A stretch of DNA of 64,000 nucleotides from Alphaproteobacteria bacterium (GTDB lineage Bacteria; Pseudomonadota; Alphaproteobacteria; Rhizobiales; Rhizobiaceae), in assembly GCA_016861165.1 (NCBI GenBank), contig BOKV01000012.1:21401-85400 (forward strand), read 5' to 3'. The position numbers and the translations under genes are program-made. The first letter of the stretch is position 1. Each line of letters starts with the position of its first letter. Under the pieces are notes generated by a model. That model had not been told where the DNA came from and made no database searches. It was given only the letters and a program-made list of their open reading frames with translations. Of this stretch, positions 30,401 through 41,241 are shown in pieces.

Positions 30401-30586
30401 CTACTGGGGATGGTCGGCGTCGCCGGAGGCGCGGATGCCGATCCAGGTGGCGGAGGCGCGGCCGTCGGCCTGCGAGGCATTGAGATCATGCGGGTCGGGG
30501 CGTGGCCGGAACAGCCGCGTCAACACCACCGCCAGCACGATGATGGCGGCGGCGACGCCAAGCGCGATGAGGAGGCCGGGTTCCAT
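30401..30586 (-). CDS. Small single-pass membrane protein (61 aa), probably co-transcribed with gap
   Basis: GGGAGG lies 8 nt upstream of the ATG and 20 nt after the gap stop. TM LLIALGVAAAIIVLAVVL. Host-like GC3. Confidence 0.6.
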   Translation of the reverse strand: MEPGLLIALGVAAAIIVLAVVLTRLFRPRPDPHDLNASQADGRASATWIGIRASGDADHPQ

Positions 30587-30606
30587 TGCTCAGCCTCCCA
30601 CGGTCT

Positions 30607-31620
30607 TCAGATCAGCGCCCCGAAGGCGACCGCCGTGTCGGCCATCCGGTTGGAGAAGCCCCACTCGTTGTCATACCAAGACAGCACCGAAACGAAGGTG
30701 TCGTCCATGACCTTGGTCTGGTCCAGGTGGAAGATCGAGGAACGCGGGTCGTGGTTGAAGTCGAGCGACACGTTGGGATGGCTGGTGTAGCCGAGGATGC
30801 CTTTGAGCGGCCCGTCGGCGGCCTTCACGATCGCGGCGTTGACCGCCTCCTTCGTCGTGTTGCGCGCGGCGACGAACTTCAGGTCGACGACCGAGACGTT
30901 CGGCGTCGGTACGCGGATGGAGATGCCGTCGAGCTTGCCTTTCAGTTCCGGCATGACGAGACCGACGGCGCGCGCGGCGCCCGTCGATGTCGGGATCATG
31001 TTCAGCGCCGCGGCGCGGGCCCGGTAGAGGTCCTTGTGCATCTGGTCGAGCGTCGGCTGATCGTTGGTATAGGAATGGATGGTGGTCATCATGCCGTGCC
31101 TGATGCCGATTGCATCGTGCAGCACCTTGGCGACCGGGACCAGGCAGTTGGTCGTGCACGAGGCATTGGAGATGACCAGATGGTCCTTCGACAGCTTGTC
31201 GTGGTTGACGCCGTAGACGACCGTCAGGTCGGCGCCGTCGGACGGGGCCGAGACCATGACGCGCTTCGCCCCGGCGGCAAGGTGGGCGGCGGCCTTGTCG
31301 CGGGCGGTGAAAATGCCGGTGCACTCCATGGCGATGTCGATGTCCAGCTCCTTCCACGGCAGCTTCGCCGGGTCGCGTTCGGCCAGCACCTTGAATGAAT
31401 CGGAACCAATGCTGATCGAATCGCCATCGACCTCTACCGGGCGGGGGAAGCGCCCGTGTACCGAATCGTAGCGCAGCAGGTGGGCGTTGGTCTCGACCGG
31501 GCCGAGATCGTTGACGGCGACGATGTCGATGTCGGTGCGGCCCGATTCGTAGATGGCGCGAACGATGTTGCGGCCGATGCGGCCGAAGCCGTTGATGCCG
31601 ATCCTGACCTTTCTCGTCAT
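30607..31620 (-). CDS. gap: Type I glyceraldehyde-3-phosphate dehydrogenase
   Basis: [36 protein letters not shown] at 31620. Confidence 0.95.
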   Translation of the reverse strand: MTRKVRIGINGFGRIGRNIVRAIYESGRTDIDIVAVNDLGPVETNAHLLRYDSVHGRFPRPVEVDGDSISIGSDSFKVLAERDPAKLPWKELDIDIAMECTGIFTARDKAAAHLAAGAKRVMVSAPSDGADLTVVYGVNHDKLSKDHLVISNASCTTNCLVPVAKVLHDAIGIRHGMMTTIHSYTNDQPTLDQMHKDLYRARAAALNMIPTSTGAARAVGLVMPELKGKLDGISIRVPTPNVSVVDLKFVAARNTTKEAVNAAIVKAADGPLKGILGYTSHPNVSLDFNHDPRSSIFHLDQTKVMDDTFVSVLSWYDNEWGFSNRMADTAVAFGALI

Positions 31621-31666
31621 TGATGATGCCTCCCGATGCGACCGGCGCGCCTGAGCCGCCGCCGAA

Positions 31667-33685
31667 CTAGCTGAGCCTGGACCTTGCCGCCTTGACGATC
31701 GCGGCGGCGGTGATGGCGAAATGCTCATAGAGCGCCTCGCCCGGCGCCGAGGCGCCGAAGCCGTTCATGCCGACGAAGATGCCGTCCTCGCCGACGAAGC
31801 GCTCCCAGCCCTGGCCGATCGCCGCCTCGACCGCGATCCGCACCGGCGCCGTTCCGATCACCGACCGGCGATACTGGGTGCTTTGGGCGGCGAACAGCTC
31901 GAAACAGGGGACCGAGACCACGCGGGCGGGAACACCGGCCGACTGCAGCTCCTCGCGCGCCGCCAGCGCAAGCGCCACCTCCGAACCGGAGGCGAAAACG
32001 GAAACGTGCGCCTCGCCATCGGCCGGCGCCAGTTCGTAGGCGCCGCGCGCGCACAGGTTCTCGGCCGAATATTCGGTGCGCACGGCGGCGAGGTTCTGGC
32101 GGGTCAGCGCCAGCACCGACGGCGTGGTCGCGTGCTCGAGCGCGATCTGCCAGCATTCGGCCGTCTCCATCGTGTCGGCCGGGCGCAGCACCAGGAGGTT
32201 GGGGATGGCGCGCAGCGCCGCCAGATGTTCGACGGGCTGGTGCGTCGGCCCGTCCTCGCCGAGGCCGATCGAATCATGCGTCAGCACATGGATGACGCGG
32301 ATGCCCATCAGAGCCGCCAGCCGGATCGCCGGTCGCGCATAGTCGGAGAAAACGAGGAAGGTGCCGCCATAGGGCACCAGGCCGCGATGCAGCGCGATGC
32401 CGTTCATCGCCGCCGCCATGCCGTGCTCGCGCACGCCATAGTGGATATAGCGGCCGGCAAAGTCGCTCGGCGTGATCGGCGCCGTCTGGCTGGTCTTGGT
32501 GTTGTTGGAACCGGTCAGGTCGGCGGAGCCGCCGAGGGTCTCGGCGACGACGCCGTTGATCACCTCAAGGACGGTTTCCGACGATTTGCGGGTGGCCATG
32601 GTCGGCCTGTCGTCGGCCAGCTTGCGCTTGAAGGCATCCATCGCCTCGGCAAGATTCGCCGGCATGTCGCCGCGCATGCGCCGGTCGAATTCGCCGCGCA
32701 CCTCCGGGTCGAGGGCGGCGAAGCGCTTTTCCCATTCCCGGTATTTCTGGGCCGAGCGCAGGCCGGCGATGCGCCAGGCGTCGAGGGTTTCCGACGGCAC
32801 CTTGAACGGCGGGCAGGTCCAGCCAAGCTTGTCGCGGGTGGCCTCGATCTCCTTGGTGCCGAGCGGCGAGCCGTGCGCCTTGGCGGTGCCGGCCTTGGTC
32901 GGTGCGCCATAGCCGATGGTGGTCTTGCAGGCGATGAAAGTGGGTCGGTCGGAGGCCTGCGCCTGCGTCAGTGCCGCGGCGATCTCGGCCGGCTTGTGGC
33001 CGTCGACGCGCAGCACGCTCCAGCCCGACGCCTTGAAGCGGGCCATCTGGTCGGTCGAGTCGGCCAGCGAGACCGGTCCGTCGATCGAGATGCTGTTGTC
33101 GTCCCAGAGGACGATCAGCTTGGCCAGCCGCAGATGGCCGGCGAGCGCGATCGCCTCCTGGCTGATGCCTTCCATCAGACAGCCGTCGCCAACCAGGCAA
33201 AAGGTGCGGTGGTCGACGATGCCGGGTCCGAATTGGGCGGCGAGCTTGCGCTCGGCGATTGCCATGCCGACGGCGTTGGCAAGGCCCTGGCCGAGCGGGC
33301 CGGTGGTGGTCTCGATGCCGGCGGCGTGGCCGTATTCGGGGTGACCGGCGGTGCGCGAGCCGAGCTGGCGGAACTGGCGGATCTGGTCGAGGTCGATGTC
33401 CTCGTAGCCGAGCAGGTAGAGCACCGAATAGAGCAGCATCGAGCCGTGGCCGGCCGACAGCACGAAACGGTCGCGGTCCGGCCAGTCGGGGTGCTGCGGA
33501 TCGAAATCCATGAACTGGGTGAACAGCACGGTGGCGATGTCGGCGGCGCCCATCGGCAGGCCGGGATGGCCGGAATTGGCCTGCTCGACGGCATCCATCG
33601 ACAGGAACCGGATGGCGTTGGCCATGTCGTTGAGTTGGTCGGGGTGCGTCATCGGATTCAGCGTGGGGTCCTGGCCCTGCGGCAT
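31667..33685 (-). CDS. tkt: Transketolase
   Basis: [32 protein letters not shown]. An alternative start lies at 33652. Confidence 0.95.
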   Translation of the reverse strand: MPQGQDPTLNPMTHPDQLNDMANAIRFLSMDAVEQANSGHPGLPMGAADIATVLFTQFMDFDPQHPDWPDRDRFVLSAGHGSMLLYSVLYLLGYEDIDLDQIRQFRQLGSRTAGHPEYGHAAGIETTTGPLGQGLANAVGMAIAERKLAAQFGPGIVDHRTFCLVGDGCLMEGISQEAIALAGHLRLAKLIVLWDDNSISIDGPVSLADSTDQMARFKASGWSVLRVDGHKPAEIAAALTQAQASDRPTFIACKTTIGYGAPTKAGTAKAHGSPLGTKEIEATRDKLGWTCPPFKVPSETLDAWRIAGLRSAQKYREWEKRFAALDPEVRGEFDRRMRGDMPANLAEAMDAFKRKLADDRPTMATRKSSETVLEVINGVVAETLGGSADLTGSNNTKTSQTAPITPSDFAGRYIHYGVREHGMAAAMNGIALHRGLVPYGGTFLVFSDYARPAIRLAALMGIRVIHVLTHDSIGLGEDGPTHQPVEHLAALRAIPNLLVLRPADTMETAECWQIALEHATTPSVLALTRQNLAAVRTEYSAENLCARGAYELAPADGEAHVSVFASGSEVALALAAREELQSAGVPARVVSVPCFELFAAQSTQYRRSVIGTAPVRIAVEAAIGQGWERFVGEDGIFVGMNGFGASAPGEALYEHFAITAAAIVKAARSRLS

Positions 33686-33994
33686 CGGTCAGGCCGCGCA
33701 CCGGGGTCTGGCCCGCGCCGCGGCGGCCTGTGCGGGCGCGGCACTCATACCAGTTGAAATGGCCGAGTCAATGCGCCGCCGCCGCCGCGTCGGGGCCGCC
33801 GCGGACGACCAAAGGGCCGCAAGTGTTCAAAACTGGGATCGCCTTGTTGACGCCGATTTCGCGCAAGTTCTAATGTTTTTCCGGTAACCGCTTGCCGAAA
33901 CGCCGGATTGGCGGCGGCAACGGGGCCCAAGGCCCAAAGGCCATCGGCGGTCGGCGCCGGAGCGGGCGGGCAGGCGTGGCAGGTCGGTGCGGCA

Positions 33995-34309
33995 ATGAAC
34001 GCTTCCTCCAGTTCCCCCGGGATGGGCGAAGGCAGCCTCGCGGCAGCGCTGGCGCGGCTTGGCCGCGCCCTCGACCGGCTCGAGGAGGCGGTCGACGGCC
34101 GGCTGGAGCGCGAGGCGCAGCTCGCCGACACCGAGGCCGAGGTCCAGCGCATCGGCGCCGACCGTACGCGGCTGGCCGAATCGCTCGACAGCGCCGAGGC
34201 GCGCGCCATGCGGCTCGAAGCGGCCAATCGCGAGGTGTCGCGGCGGCTGGTCGACGCCATGGAGGCAATACGGGCGGTGCTCGACCGCCCGGCTGCCGCA
34301 CAATCCTAG
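33995..34309 (+). CDS. DUF4164 coiled-coil protein in the position of Caulobacter ZauP (ZapA-associated upstream protein)
   Basis: Heptad-rich LARLGRALDRLEEAVDGRLEREAQLADTEAEVQRI, directly upstream of zapA. The start is uncertain (33995 or 34022). Confidence 0.65.
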   Translation: MNASSSSPGMGEGSLAAALARLGRALDRLEEAVDGRLEREAQLADTEAEVQRIGADRTRLAESLDSAEARAMRLEAANREVSRRLVDAMEAIRAVLDRPAAAQS

Positions 34310-34363
34310 CAACGCGGCCCTAGCAACGCGGGCCTGGCAATACGGGCAGGAACGGGGGGAGCG

Positions 34364-34741
34364 ATGGCGCATGTGACCGTCACCATCAACGGCAGGACAT
34401 ACCGAATGGCCTGCGAGGAAGGGCAGGAGGAACATCTGCACGGCTTGGCCGACCGGCTGAATGACTATGTCGGGCAGCTGCGCGGCGCCTTCGGCGAGAT
34501 CGGCGATCAGCGCCTGACCGTGATGGCCGGCATCACCGTCATCGACGAGCTGGAGGAGGCGCGCCGGCGCATCCGCAGCCTGCAGGCCGACATCGAGACG
34601 CTGCGCGCCAGCCGCGACGAGGCGCTCGGCAAGGCGTTCTCGGCCGAAGGCGAGCTGGCGCGCCAGATTTCGGCGGTGGCCGAGCGCATCGAGGCGATCG
34701 GCGACCGGCTGGGGGCGCCCAAGCCGGCCGCCCGGCCCTGA
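34364..34741 (+). CDS. zapA: Cell division protein ZapA
   Basis: VTVTINGRTYRMACEEGQEEHLHGLADRLN...QRLTVMAGITVIDEL. Confidence 0.9.
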   Translation: MAHVTVTINGRTYRMACEEGQEEHLHGLADRLNDYVGQLRGAFGEIGDQRLTVMAGITVIDELEEARRRIRSLQADIETLRASRDEALGKAFSAEGELARQISAVAERIEAIGDRLGAPKPAARP

Positions 34742-34809
34742 CGGCGGGTCGCCTGCAAGCGCAGACGCCACGGGTACTGGCGCGGCGCGGCCGGCCAGCC
34801 TATATGTTG

Positions 34810-34972
34810 CAGCGCGGGCTGCGTGGTGCGTCGGACCATCTATCCCCGGGGCCTTATCGATCCTGAAGGGAGCTGTCCCTGACCGGGCCCGTGGGTCCGG
34901 ACATATGGCGCCCACCTACCTCGTAGGTTCCCGGGATCGTCAGCGTCTGACGGCCAAGGCGGCTCGCATCCG
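34810..34972 (+). ncRNA. ssrS: 6S RNA (boundaries +/- 10 nt)
   Basis: Canonical zapA-ssrS-ygfA synteny. Closing stems GCGGGCTGC (34814..34822) with GCGGCTCGC (34959..34967), and GCGTCGGAC (34828..) with GTCTGACGG (34945..). TATATG -10-like hexamer at 34801. T-run at 34972. Confidence 0.7.
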
Positions 34973-35011
34973 TTTTTCGTCCGGTCGGTGGCGCCGCCAC
35001 GGGGGCTAGCG

Positions 35012-35617
35012 ATGAGCGCAAGGCAACAGAAGGCGGCGCTGAGGGAAAGCGCGCTCGCCCGTCGCGACCGCCTCCATCCTGGCAGGCGGGCAGAGGCGAG
35101 CCGCCTGGTCGCCGACCATGCCGAACCGGAGATCGCCTTTGAGCCCGGCACGGTGGTCGCCGGCTTCCTGCCGATCCGCTCCGAGATCGACCTGCGACCG
35201 CTGATGCAGCGCCTGGCGGCGCGCGGCGCACGGCTGTGCCTGCCGGCGGTGGTCGACCGGATGACCATCGCCTTTCGCGAATACGTGCCCGGCGAAGTGC
35301 TGGTCGCAACCGGCTTCGGGACCGTGGGGCCGGGCCCCGAGGCCGCCGTGCTGGACCCCGCGATCCTGCTCATGCCGCTTGCCGCCTTCGACGCCGCGGG
35401 CAATCGGATCGGCTACGGCGCCGGCCACTATGACCGGGCCATCGACCGGCTGCTCGCCAAGGGGATCGAGCCGATGCGCATCGGCTTCGCCTTCTCGGTG
35501 CAGGAAGTCGACCACGTCCCGGCGCAACCCCACGACCGGCGGCTCGACGCCGTGGTGACCGAAGCCGGCTTCCGGTGGCTGCGCCGCGACAGTGGCAAGC
35601 GGGCGAAGGCGGGCTGA
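35012..35617 (+). CDS. ygfA: 5-formyltetrahydrofolate cyclo-ligase
   Basis: KAALRESALARR, GFLPIRSEID, NRIGYGAGHYDR. Confidence 0.85.
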   Translation: MSARQQKAALRESALARRDRLHPGRRAEASRLVADHAEPEIAFEPGTVVAGFLPIRSEIDLRPLMQRLAARGARLCLPAVVDRMTIAFREYVPGEVLVATGFGTVGPGPEAAVLDPAILLMPLAAFDAAGNRIGYGAGHYDRAIDRLLAKGIEPMRIGFAFSVQEVDHVPAQPHDRRLDAVVTEAGFRWLRRDSGKRAKAG

Positions 35618-36432
35618 TGCGGCTGCTGTTCCTGGGCGACATGGTCGGGCGCAGCGGCCGCGAGGCCGTCTACGCGCAGCTTCCCGGCATGATCGCCGAC
35701 TGGAAGACCGACTTCGTCATCGTCAACGGCGAGAACGCCGCCGGCGGCTTCGGCATCACCGAGGCGATCCTCAACGAGACACTGGCCGCCGGTGCCGACG
35801 TGGTGACGACGGGCAACCACGTCTGGGATCAGCGCGAGGCGCTGATCTTCGCCGACCGCTACGATCGCTTCCTGCGGCCGGCCAACTTCCCGCCGGGCAC
35901 GCCGGGTCGCGGCGCCAACCTCTACGAGGCGCGCAACGGCGCGCGCGTCCTCGTCGCCAACATCATGGGCAACGTGTTCATGGGAGCGCCGCTCGACGAC
36001 CCGTTCCAGTGCGGCGAGAGGCTGCTCGGCGAGGTGGCGCTCGGCCGCGACGCCGATGTGATCGTCGTCGATTTCCACGCCGAGGCGACGTCGGAAAAGG
36101 TCTGCTTCGCGCTGTTCGTCGACGGCCGGGCATCGGCGGTGATCGGCACCCACACACACACGCCGACCGCCGACCATCAGATCCTGCCGGGTGGTACCGG
36201 CTACATCTCGGACGCCGGCATGTGCGGCTCCTTCGATTCCTCGCTCGGCATGGACAAGGAAGAGCCGCTCAACCGCTTCCTCACCAAGATTCCAAAAGGC
36301 CGCTTCGACGCGGCGACGGGCGAGGCGACGCTTTGCGGCGTCGGCATCGAGATCGACGATGCGACCGGACTGACCACCCGCATCGCCCCGCTCAGGATCG
36401 GACCGAGGCTCGAAAATGTGAGGCCATGGTAG
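35617..36432 (+). CDS. YmdB-like (TIGR00282-type) metallophosphoesterase
   Basis: MRLLFLGDMVGRSGR, VIVNGENAAGGFGIT, DFHAEATSEK, GTHTHTPTAD. The ATG shares one base with the ygfA stop. Confidence 0.85.
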   Translation: MRLLFLGDMVGRSGREAVYAQLPGMIADWKTDFVIVNGENAAGGFGITEAILNETLAAGADVVTTGNHVWDQREALIFADRYDRFLRPANFPPGTPGRGANLYEARNGARVLVANIMGNVFMGAPLDDPFQCGERLLGEVALGRDADVIVVDFHAEATSEKVCFALFVDGRASAVIGTHTHTPTADHQILPGGTGYISDAGMCGSFDSSLGMDKEEPLNRFLTKIPKGRFDAATGEATLCGVGIEIDDATGLTTRIAPLRIGPRLENVRPW

Positions 36433-36439
36433 GTCCTTA

Positions 36440-36756
36440 TCAGCTTCCCGCCGGCAGCGCGTGGCGCCATGCCGCTGCGAGCGCGTCGGCCAGCTCGGCG
36501 GCATCGATACGGTCGAGGGCAATGGTGGTCCAGCCCTGGCGACCCCAGGCATTGGCCACCGGGCTGAAGGCGGCTGGGTTCATAGTGCAGCGGAATGCCT
36601 GCTCGTCCGGCAGCAGCTTCAGGTTGGCGGTCGCGCCGTCGGCGGCGAGCGTGGCGTAGATGCGCTTTACGCGGAAGGCGCGACGGTCGAAATGGGGCGC
36701 CTCGCGGGTTCCATCGAGCGCCAGTGCGAGGGCGGCGAACCGGTCGGCGGCTACCA

Positions 36757-36757
<1 letters not shown>
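36440..36757 (-). CDS. MmcQ/YjbR family protein
   Basis: REAPHFDRRAFRVKRIYATL. The ATG at 36757 overlaps the upstream stop (ATGA). Confidence 0.7.
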
Positions 36758-37626
<869 letters not shown>

Positions 37627-37767
37627 CACTTCCTCCTCCTCGTCGACGGTGCCCGGGGACGCCTTGCCGGCGATCGGCCGAGGCGCATCATCTGGACGAA
37701 ACGGCGCGCCTTTGTCTATAAGCGCCCCAACTTTCCGACAGGACGAGACCGTTTTCGAGGGTGGGCC

Positions 37768-38514
37768 ATGGCAGGCCATTCACAATTCAAGAACATCATG
37801 CACCGCAAGGGCCGCCAGGATGCGGCCCGCTCCAAGGTATTCTCCAAGCTGTCGCGCGAGATCACCGTGGCGGCAAAGCTCGGCGTGCCCGATCCGGACA
37901 TGAACCCGCGCCTGCGCCTGGCCATCCAGGCGGCCAAGGCGCAGTCGATGCCGAAGGACAACATCCAGCGGGCGATCAACAAGGCGGCGGGCAACGACGC
38001 GGAAAACTACGAGGAGGTGCGCTACGAGGGCTACGGGCCGGGAGGCGCGGCGGTGATCGTCGAGGCGCTGACCGACAACCGCAACCGCACCGCCTCCAGT
38101 GTCCGCGCCGCATTCACCAAGGCCGGCGGGGCGCTCGGCGAGACCGGCTCGGTCGGCTTCATGTTCGATCGCGTCGGCGAGATCGTCTATGCGGCTTCGG
38201 CCGGCAGCGAGGAGACGGTCATGGAGGCGGCGATCGAGGCCGGTGCCCAGGATGTGCAGTCGGACGCCGACAGCCACGTGATCCTGTGTGCCTTCGAAGA
38301 CATCGGCGAGGTTTCGAAGGCGCTTGAGGCAAGGCTCGGAGAGGCGGCGTCGGTCAAGACCATCTGGCGACCGCAGACCATGGCGCCGCTCGACGAGGAC
38401 AAGGCCCAGTCGATGCTGCGGCTGATCGGCGTGCTCGAGGACGACGATGACGTGCAGAACGTCTATTCGAACTTCGAGGTCTCCGACGAAGTGATGCAGA
38501 AGCTGTCGGCCTGA
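37768..38514 (+). CDS. yebC: YebC/PmpR family transcriptional regulator
   Basis: [30 protein letters not shown]. Confidence 0.95.
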   Translation: MAGHSQFKNIMHRKGRQDAARSKVFSKLSREITVAAKLGVPDPDMNPRLRLAIQAAKAQSMPKDNIQRAINKAAGNDAENYEEVRYEGYGPGGAAVIVEALTDNRNRTASSVRAAFTKAGGALGETGSVGFMFDRVGEIVYAASAGSEETVMEAAIEAGAQDVQSDADSHVILCAFEDIGEVSKALEARLGEAASVKTIWRPQTMAPLDEDKAQSMLRLIGVLEDDDDVQNVYSNFEVSDEVMQKLSA

Positions 38515-38591
38515 GCTCGCGATTCGGCCGGGCGTGATTGGGCGTGATCCCGGCGATGGCCGAATCAGCGCCGCCGGGCTACCATCGCGCC

Positions 38592-39113
38592 ATGACGGCG
38601 CGGCCCATCCGCATCATCGGCATCGATCCCGGGCTCCAGCGAACCGGCTGGGGGGTGGTGGAGGCGCGGGGCAACGCCTTCGCCTTCGTGGCCTCCGGCA
38701 CCGTGCGGTCGCAGCCGGCCGATGCGCTTGCCGTCCGGCTGTGCGCGCTGCATGACGGGCTGATGGCGGTGATCGAGGCGCTCGGGCCGGCCGAGGCGGC
38801 GGTCGAATCGACCTTCGTCAACCGCGACGGCGCGGCGACCCTGAAGCTTGGCCAGGCGCGTGGCGTGGCGGTGCTGGCGGCGGCCCGCTCCGGCCTCGGC
38901 GTGGCCGAATACGCGCCGAACGCGGTCAAGAAGGCCGTGACGGGTGTCGGCCATGCCGACAAGGTCCAGATCCGGGCGATGGTGGGCATGCTGCTGCCGA
39001 AGGCCGAGTTCGATTCCGACGATGCCGCCGACGCGCTCGCCATCGCCATCTGCCATGCCCACCACCGCGGCCGGGCCGAACTGGCGGCGCGGATAGCCAG
39101 TGCCGCGAAGTGA
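38592..39113 (+). CDS. ruvC: Crossover junction endodeoxyribonuclease RuvC
   Basis: [46 protein letters not shown]. Confidence 0.95.
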   Translation: MTARPIRIIGIDPGLQRTGWGVVEARGNAFAFVASGTVRSQPADALAVRLCALHDGLMAVIEALGPAEAAVESTFVNRDGAATLKLGQARGVAVLAAARSGLGVAEYAPNAVKKAVTGVGHADKVQIRAMVGMLLPKAEFDSDDAADALAIAICHAHHRGRAELAARIASAAK

Positions 39114-39156
39114 GGATGCGGTGAGATGTTCTTGACTTGTTCTGGTCCTCGTGCAA

Positions 39157-39179
39157 GGTAATACGCTGGAGGTATTACC
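39157..39179. promoter_or_regulatory. Perfect 8-bp inverted repeat GGTAATAC-gctggag-GTATTACC enclosing the vapB1 Shine-Dalgarno; candidate antitoxin operator. TTGACT -35-like hexamer at 39132..39137
   Basis: Read directly. It ends 1 nt before the vapB1 ATG. Confidence 0.5.
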
Positions 39180-39458
39180 ATGCGGGTAACCGTCAAGGGC
39201 CAGGTAACCATTCCCAAGCCCATCCGCGACCGATTGGGCATCGGTCCCGGCAGCGAGGTGGCGTTTGTGCCGAGCGGCGACCGTGTCGAGATGGTCAGGG
39301 TCGGCAAGGGCGATGGCCAGCGGTCGCGCAGAGCCATTCTTGCGGATTCGCTGCGGCGTCTTGCGGGTCTGCCTGGCGCAGATATGGCCGGCGCGCTCGA
39401 CGGCAAGCAATATACGGACTGGTTGCGTGGGCCGCGCGACGATGCCGATTCTGGTTGA
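39180..39458 (+). CDS. vapB: AbrB/MazE/SpoVT-type antitoxin (VapB-like), module 1
   Basis: MRVTVKGQVTIPKPIRDRLGIGPGSEVAF is a swapped-hairpin SpoVT_AbrB motif. It overlaps the downstream PIN gene by 17 nt. Confidence 0.85.
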   Translation: MRVTVKGQVTIPKPIRDRLGIGPGSEVAFVPSGDRVEMVRVGKGDGQRSRRAILADSLRRLAGLPGADMAGALDGKQYTDWLRGPRDDADSG

Positions 39459-39855
39459 TACCAATGTCATCATCGATGCGCTCCTCCCGGCGTCGCTCTT
39501 TCACCGCGCCGCCCGCGACGCCATGCTCGACCTGGTGGAAGACGAGCGGCTCGTGATCAACGAGGTGATCTGGTCGGAGTTGGCGCCAATGGCCGGCGAT
39601 GAAGAGGAACTGGCTGCCGTCTGCCGGCGTTTGCTGCTGGAACGCGAGGAGATCGGTTGGAAGGCGGCTTACCTGGCGGGCGAGGCGCACGCCCGTTACC
39701 GGCGGTCCGGCGGAATGCGCGAACGAACATTGCCCGACTTCTACATCGGCGCCCACGCGCTGGTCGCCGGCCACCGCCTGCTGACGCGCGACGCGGGGCG
39801 CTACCGAGCCTTTTTCCCGTCACTCGAAATCGTCGCGCCGGACAGCCATCCGTGA
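39442..39855 (+). CDS. vapC: PIN-domain ribonuclease toxin (VapC-like), module 1
   Basis: [12 protein letters not shown] (Asp1), SELAP (Glu), [19 protein letters not shown] (C-terminal Asp). ATG at 39442. Confidence 0.85.
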   Translation: MPILVDTNVIIDALLPASLFHRAARDAMLDLVEDERLVINEVIWSELAPMAGDEEELAAVCRRLLLEREEIGWKAAYLAGEAHARYRRSGGMRERTLPDFYIGAHALVAGHRLLTRDAGRYRAFFPSLEIVAPDSHP

Positions 39856-39865
39856 GAACCGAGGC

Positions 39866-40483
39866 GTGATCGGCAAGCTGAAGGGAATCGTGGACGCGAT
39901 CGGCGAGGATCACCTCATCCTCGATGTCGGCGGCGTCGGCTATCAGGTGCACTGCTCGACGCGCACACTGGCGAACCTGCCCGGTCCCGGCGAGGCGCTC
40001 ACCCTGTGGATCGACACGCATGTGCGCGACGATGCGATCCGCCTGTACGGTTTCCAGAGCGAACTGGAACGCGACTGGTTCCGTCTGTTGCAGACGGTCC
40101 AGGGCGTCGGCGCGCGCGTCGCGCTCGCCGTGCAGTCAACGCTGTCGCCGGGCGACCTCGCCTCGGCCATTGCATTGCAGGACAGGGGCATGGTGGCGCG
40201 CGCGCCCGGCGTCGGCCCGAAAGTGGCGAGCCGCATCGTCGCCGAACTGCGCGACAAGGCGCCGGCCTATTCGGGCGCGGCCGCGGCCGAGATCGGCCTG
40301 CAGCGGGCCATCGGGGCCGGGCTCGCCGCCACACCGGTCACCGACGCCGTGTCGGCGCTCGCCAATCTCGGCTATTCGTCGCAGCAGGCCTCCGGCGCCG
40401 TGGCGCGCGCGCTGAAGCAGGCCGGAGAGACGGCCGACAGCGCCCGCCTGATCCGCCTGGCACTGAAGGAACTGGCGGGGTGA
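39866..40483 (+). CDS. ruvA: Holliday junction branch migration protein RuvA
   Basis: [27 protein letters not shown], two HhH motifs ([24 protein letters not shown]). GTG start at 39866. Confidence 0.95.
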   Translation: MIGKLKGIVDAIGEDHLILDVGGVGYQVHCSTRTLANLPGPGEALTLWIDTHVRDDAIRLYGFQSELERDWFRLLQTVQGVGARVALAVQSTLSPGDLASAIALQDRGMVARAPGVGPKVASRIVAELRDKAPAYSGAAAAEIGLQRAIGAGLAATPVTDAVSALANLGYSSQQASGAVARALKQAGETADSARLIRLALKELAG

Positions 40484-40505
40484 ATCCTTGCGCAAAGGAT
40501 GATTT

Positions 40506-40527
40506 CTTACTATTCTTGCATAGTAAG
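40506..40527. promoter_or_regulatory. Perfect 8-bp inverted repeat CTTACTAT-tcttgc-ATAGTAAG, plus direct repeat GTAAGGAA at 40523 and 40541; candidate vapB2 operator/promoter
   Basis: Read directly in the AT-rich 65-nt spacer between the ruvA stop and the vapB2 ATG. Confidence 0.5.
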
Positions 40528-40548
40528 GAATTGAACGAGGGTAAGGAA

Positions 40549-40836
40549 ATGGGAGCGTTGGCAAAGATCACCGCAAAAGGACAGATCACCCTTCCCAAGG
40601 AGGTGCGCGAACGCCACGGCCTGAAGCCGGGCGACCGGGTCGAGTTCGTCGAGGAGGGCGGCAAGACCTGGGTGAAGCCGCGGAACCTTAGAGCGGTTGA
40701 CCTGATGGGCATTCTCGGGCGGCCTCCATCCGGGAAGGCGCCATCCGTGAGAGAGATGGACGAGGCCATCATGAAAGCAGTGGCGGAGGATGACGAGCGT
40801 ATAGAGCGCGAGTGGCGTGAAGGTATCGATGAGTGA
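40549..40836 (+). CDS. vapB: AbrB/MazE/SpoVT-type antitoxin (VapB-like), module 2
   Basis: MGALAKITAKGQITLPKEVRERHGLKPGDRVEF. ATG at 40549 behind an AAGGAA Shine-Dalgarno. Confidence 0.85.
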   Translation: MGALAKITAKGQITLPKEVRERHGLKPGDRVEFVEEGGKTWVKPRNLRAVDLMGILGRPPSGKAPSVREMDEAIMKAVAEDDERIEREWREGIDE

Positions 40837-41234
40837 TCGGCGTCGACACCAACGTCGTCGTCCGCATCCTCAGCGAGGACGATTCTGCGCAGGTGAGGGC
40901 GGCGGTCGCACGCTTCCTCTCGGCGCGTACCGCGGACGATCCGGCCTATATCAGCGCTGTAGTCTTGACCGAGGCGGTCTGGGTGCTGCGGAGCAAAATG
41001 GGGTATTCGCGGCATTCAATCAGTTCGGCATTGGCGGTGCTGCTCGACAGCGGGGAATTGCGGTTCGAACATGCCGACCGGCTTCGCGCCCTGCTCGAGA
41101 AGCCCATGCCGGCGAAAGTGGAGCTCACCGACTATCTGATCGCGTGGTGCGCGGAATCTGCCGGCTGCTCACGGACCGTCACCTTCGACAGGCGCGCCGC
41201 CAAATCCGTCCCCGGCATGGAACTGCTCGCATGA
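40833..41234 (+). CDS. vapC: PIN-domain ribonuclease toxin (VapC-like), module 2
   Basis: IGVDTNVVVRIL (Asp), LTEAVWVL (Glu), TDYLIAWCAESAGCSRTVTFD. The GTG start overlaps the vapB2 stop (GTGA). Confidence 0.85.
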   Translation: MIGVDTNVVVRILSEDDSAQVRAAVARFLSARTADDPAYISAVVLTEAVWVLRSKMGYSRHSISSALAVLLDSGELRFEHADRLRALLEKPMPAKVELTDYLIAWCAESAGCSRTVTFDRRAAKSVPGMELLA

Positions 41235-41241
41235 GGGAGCA

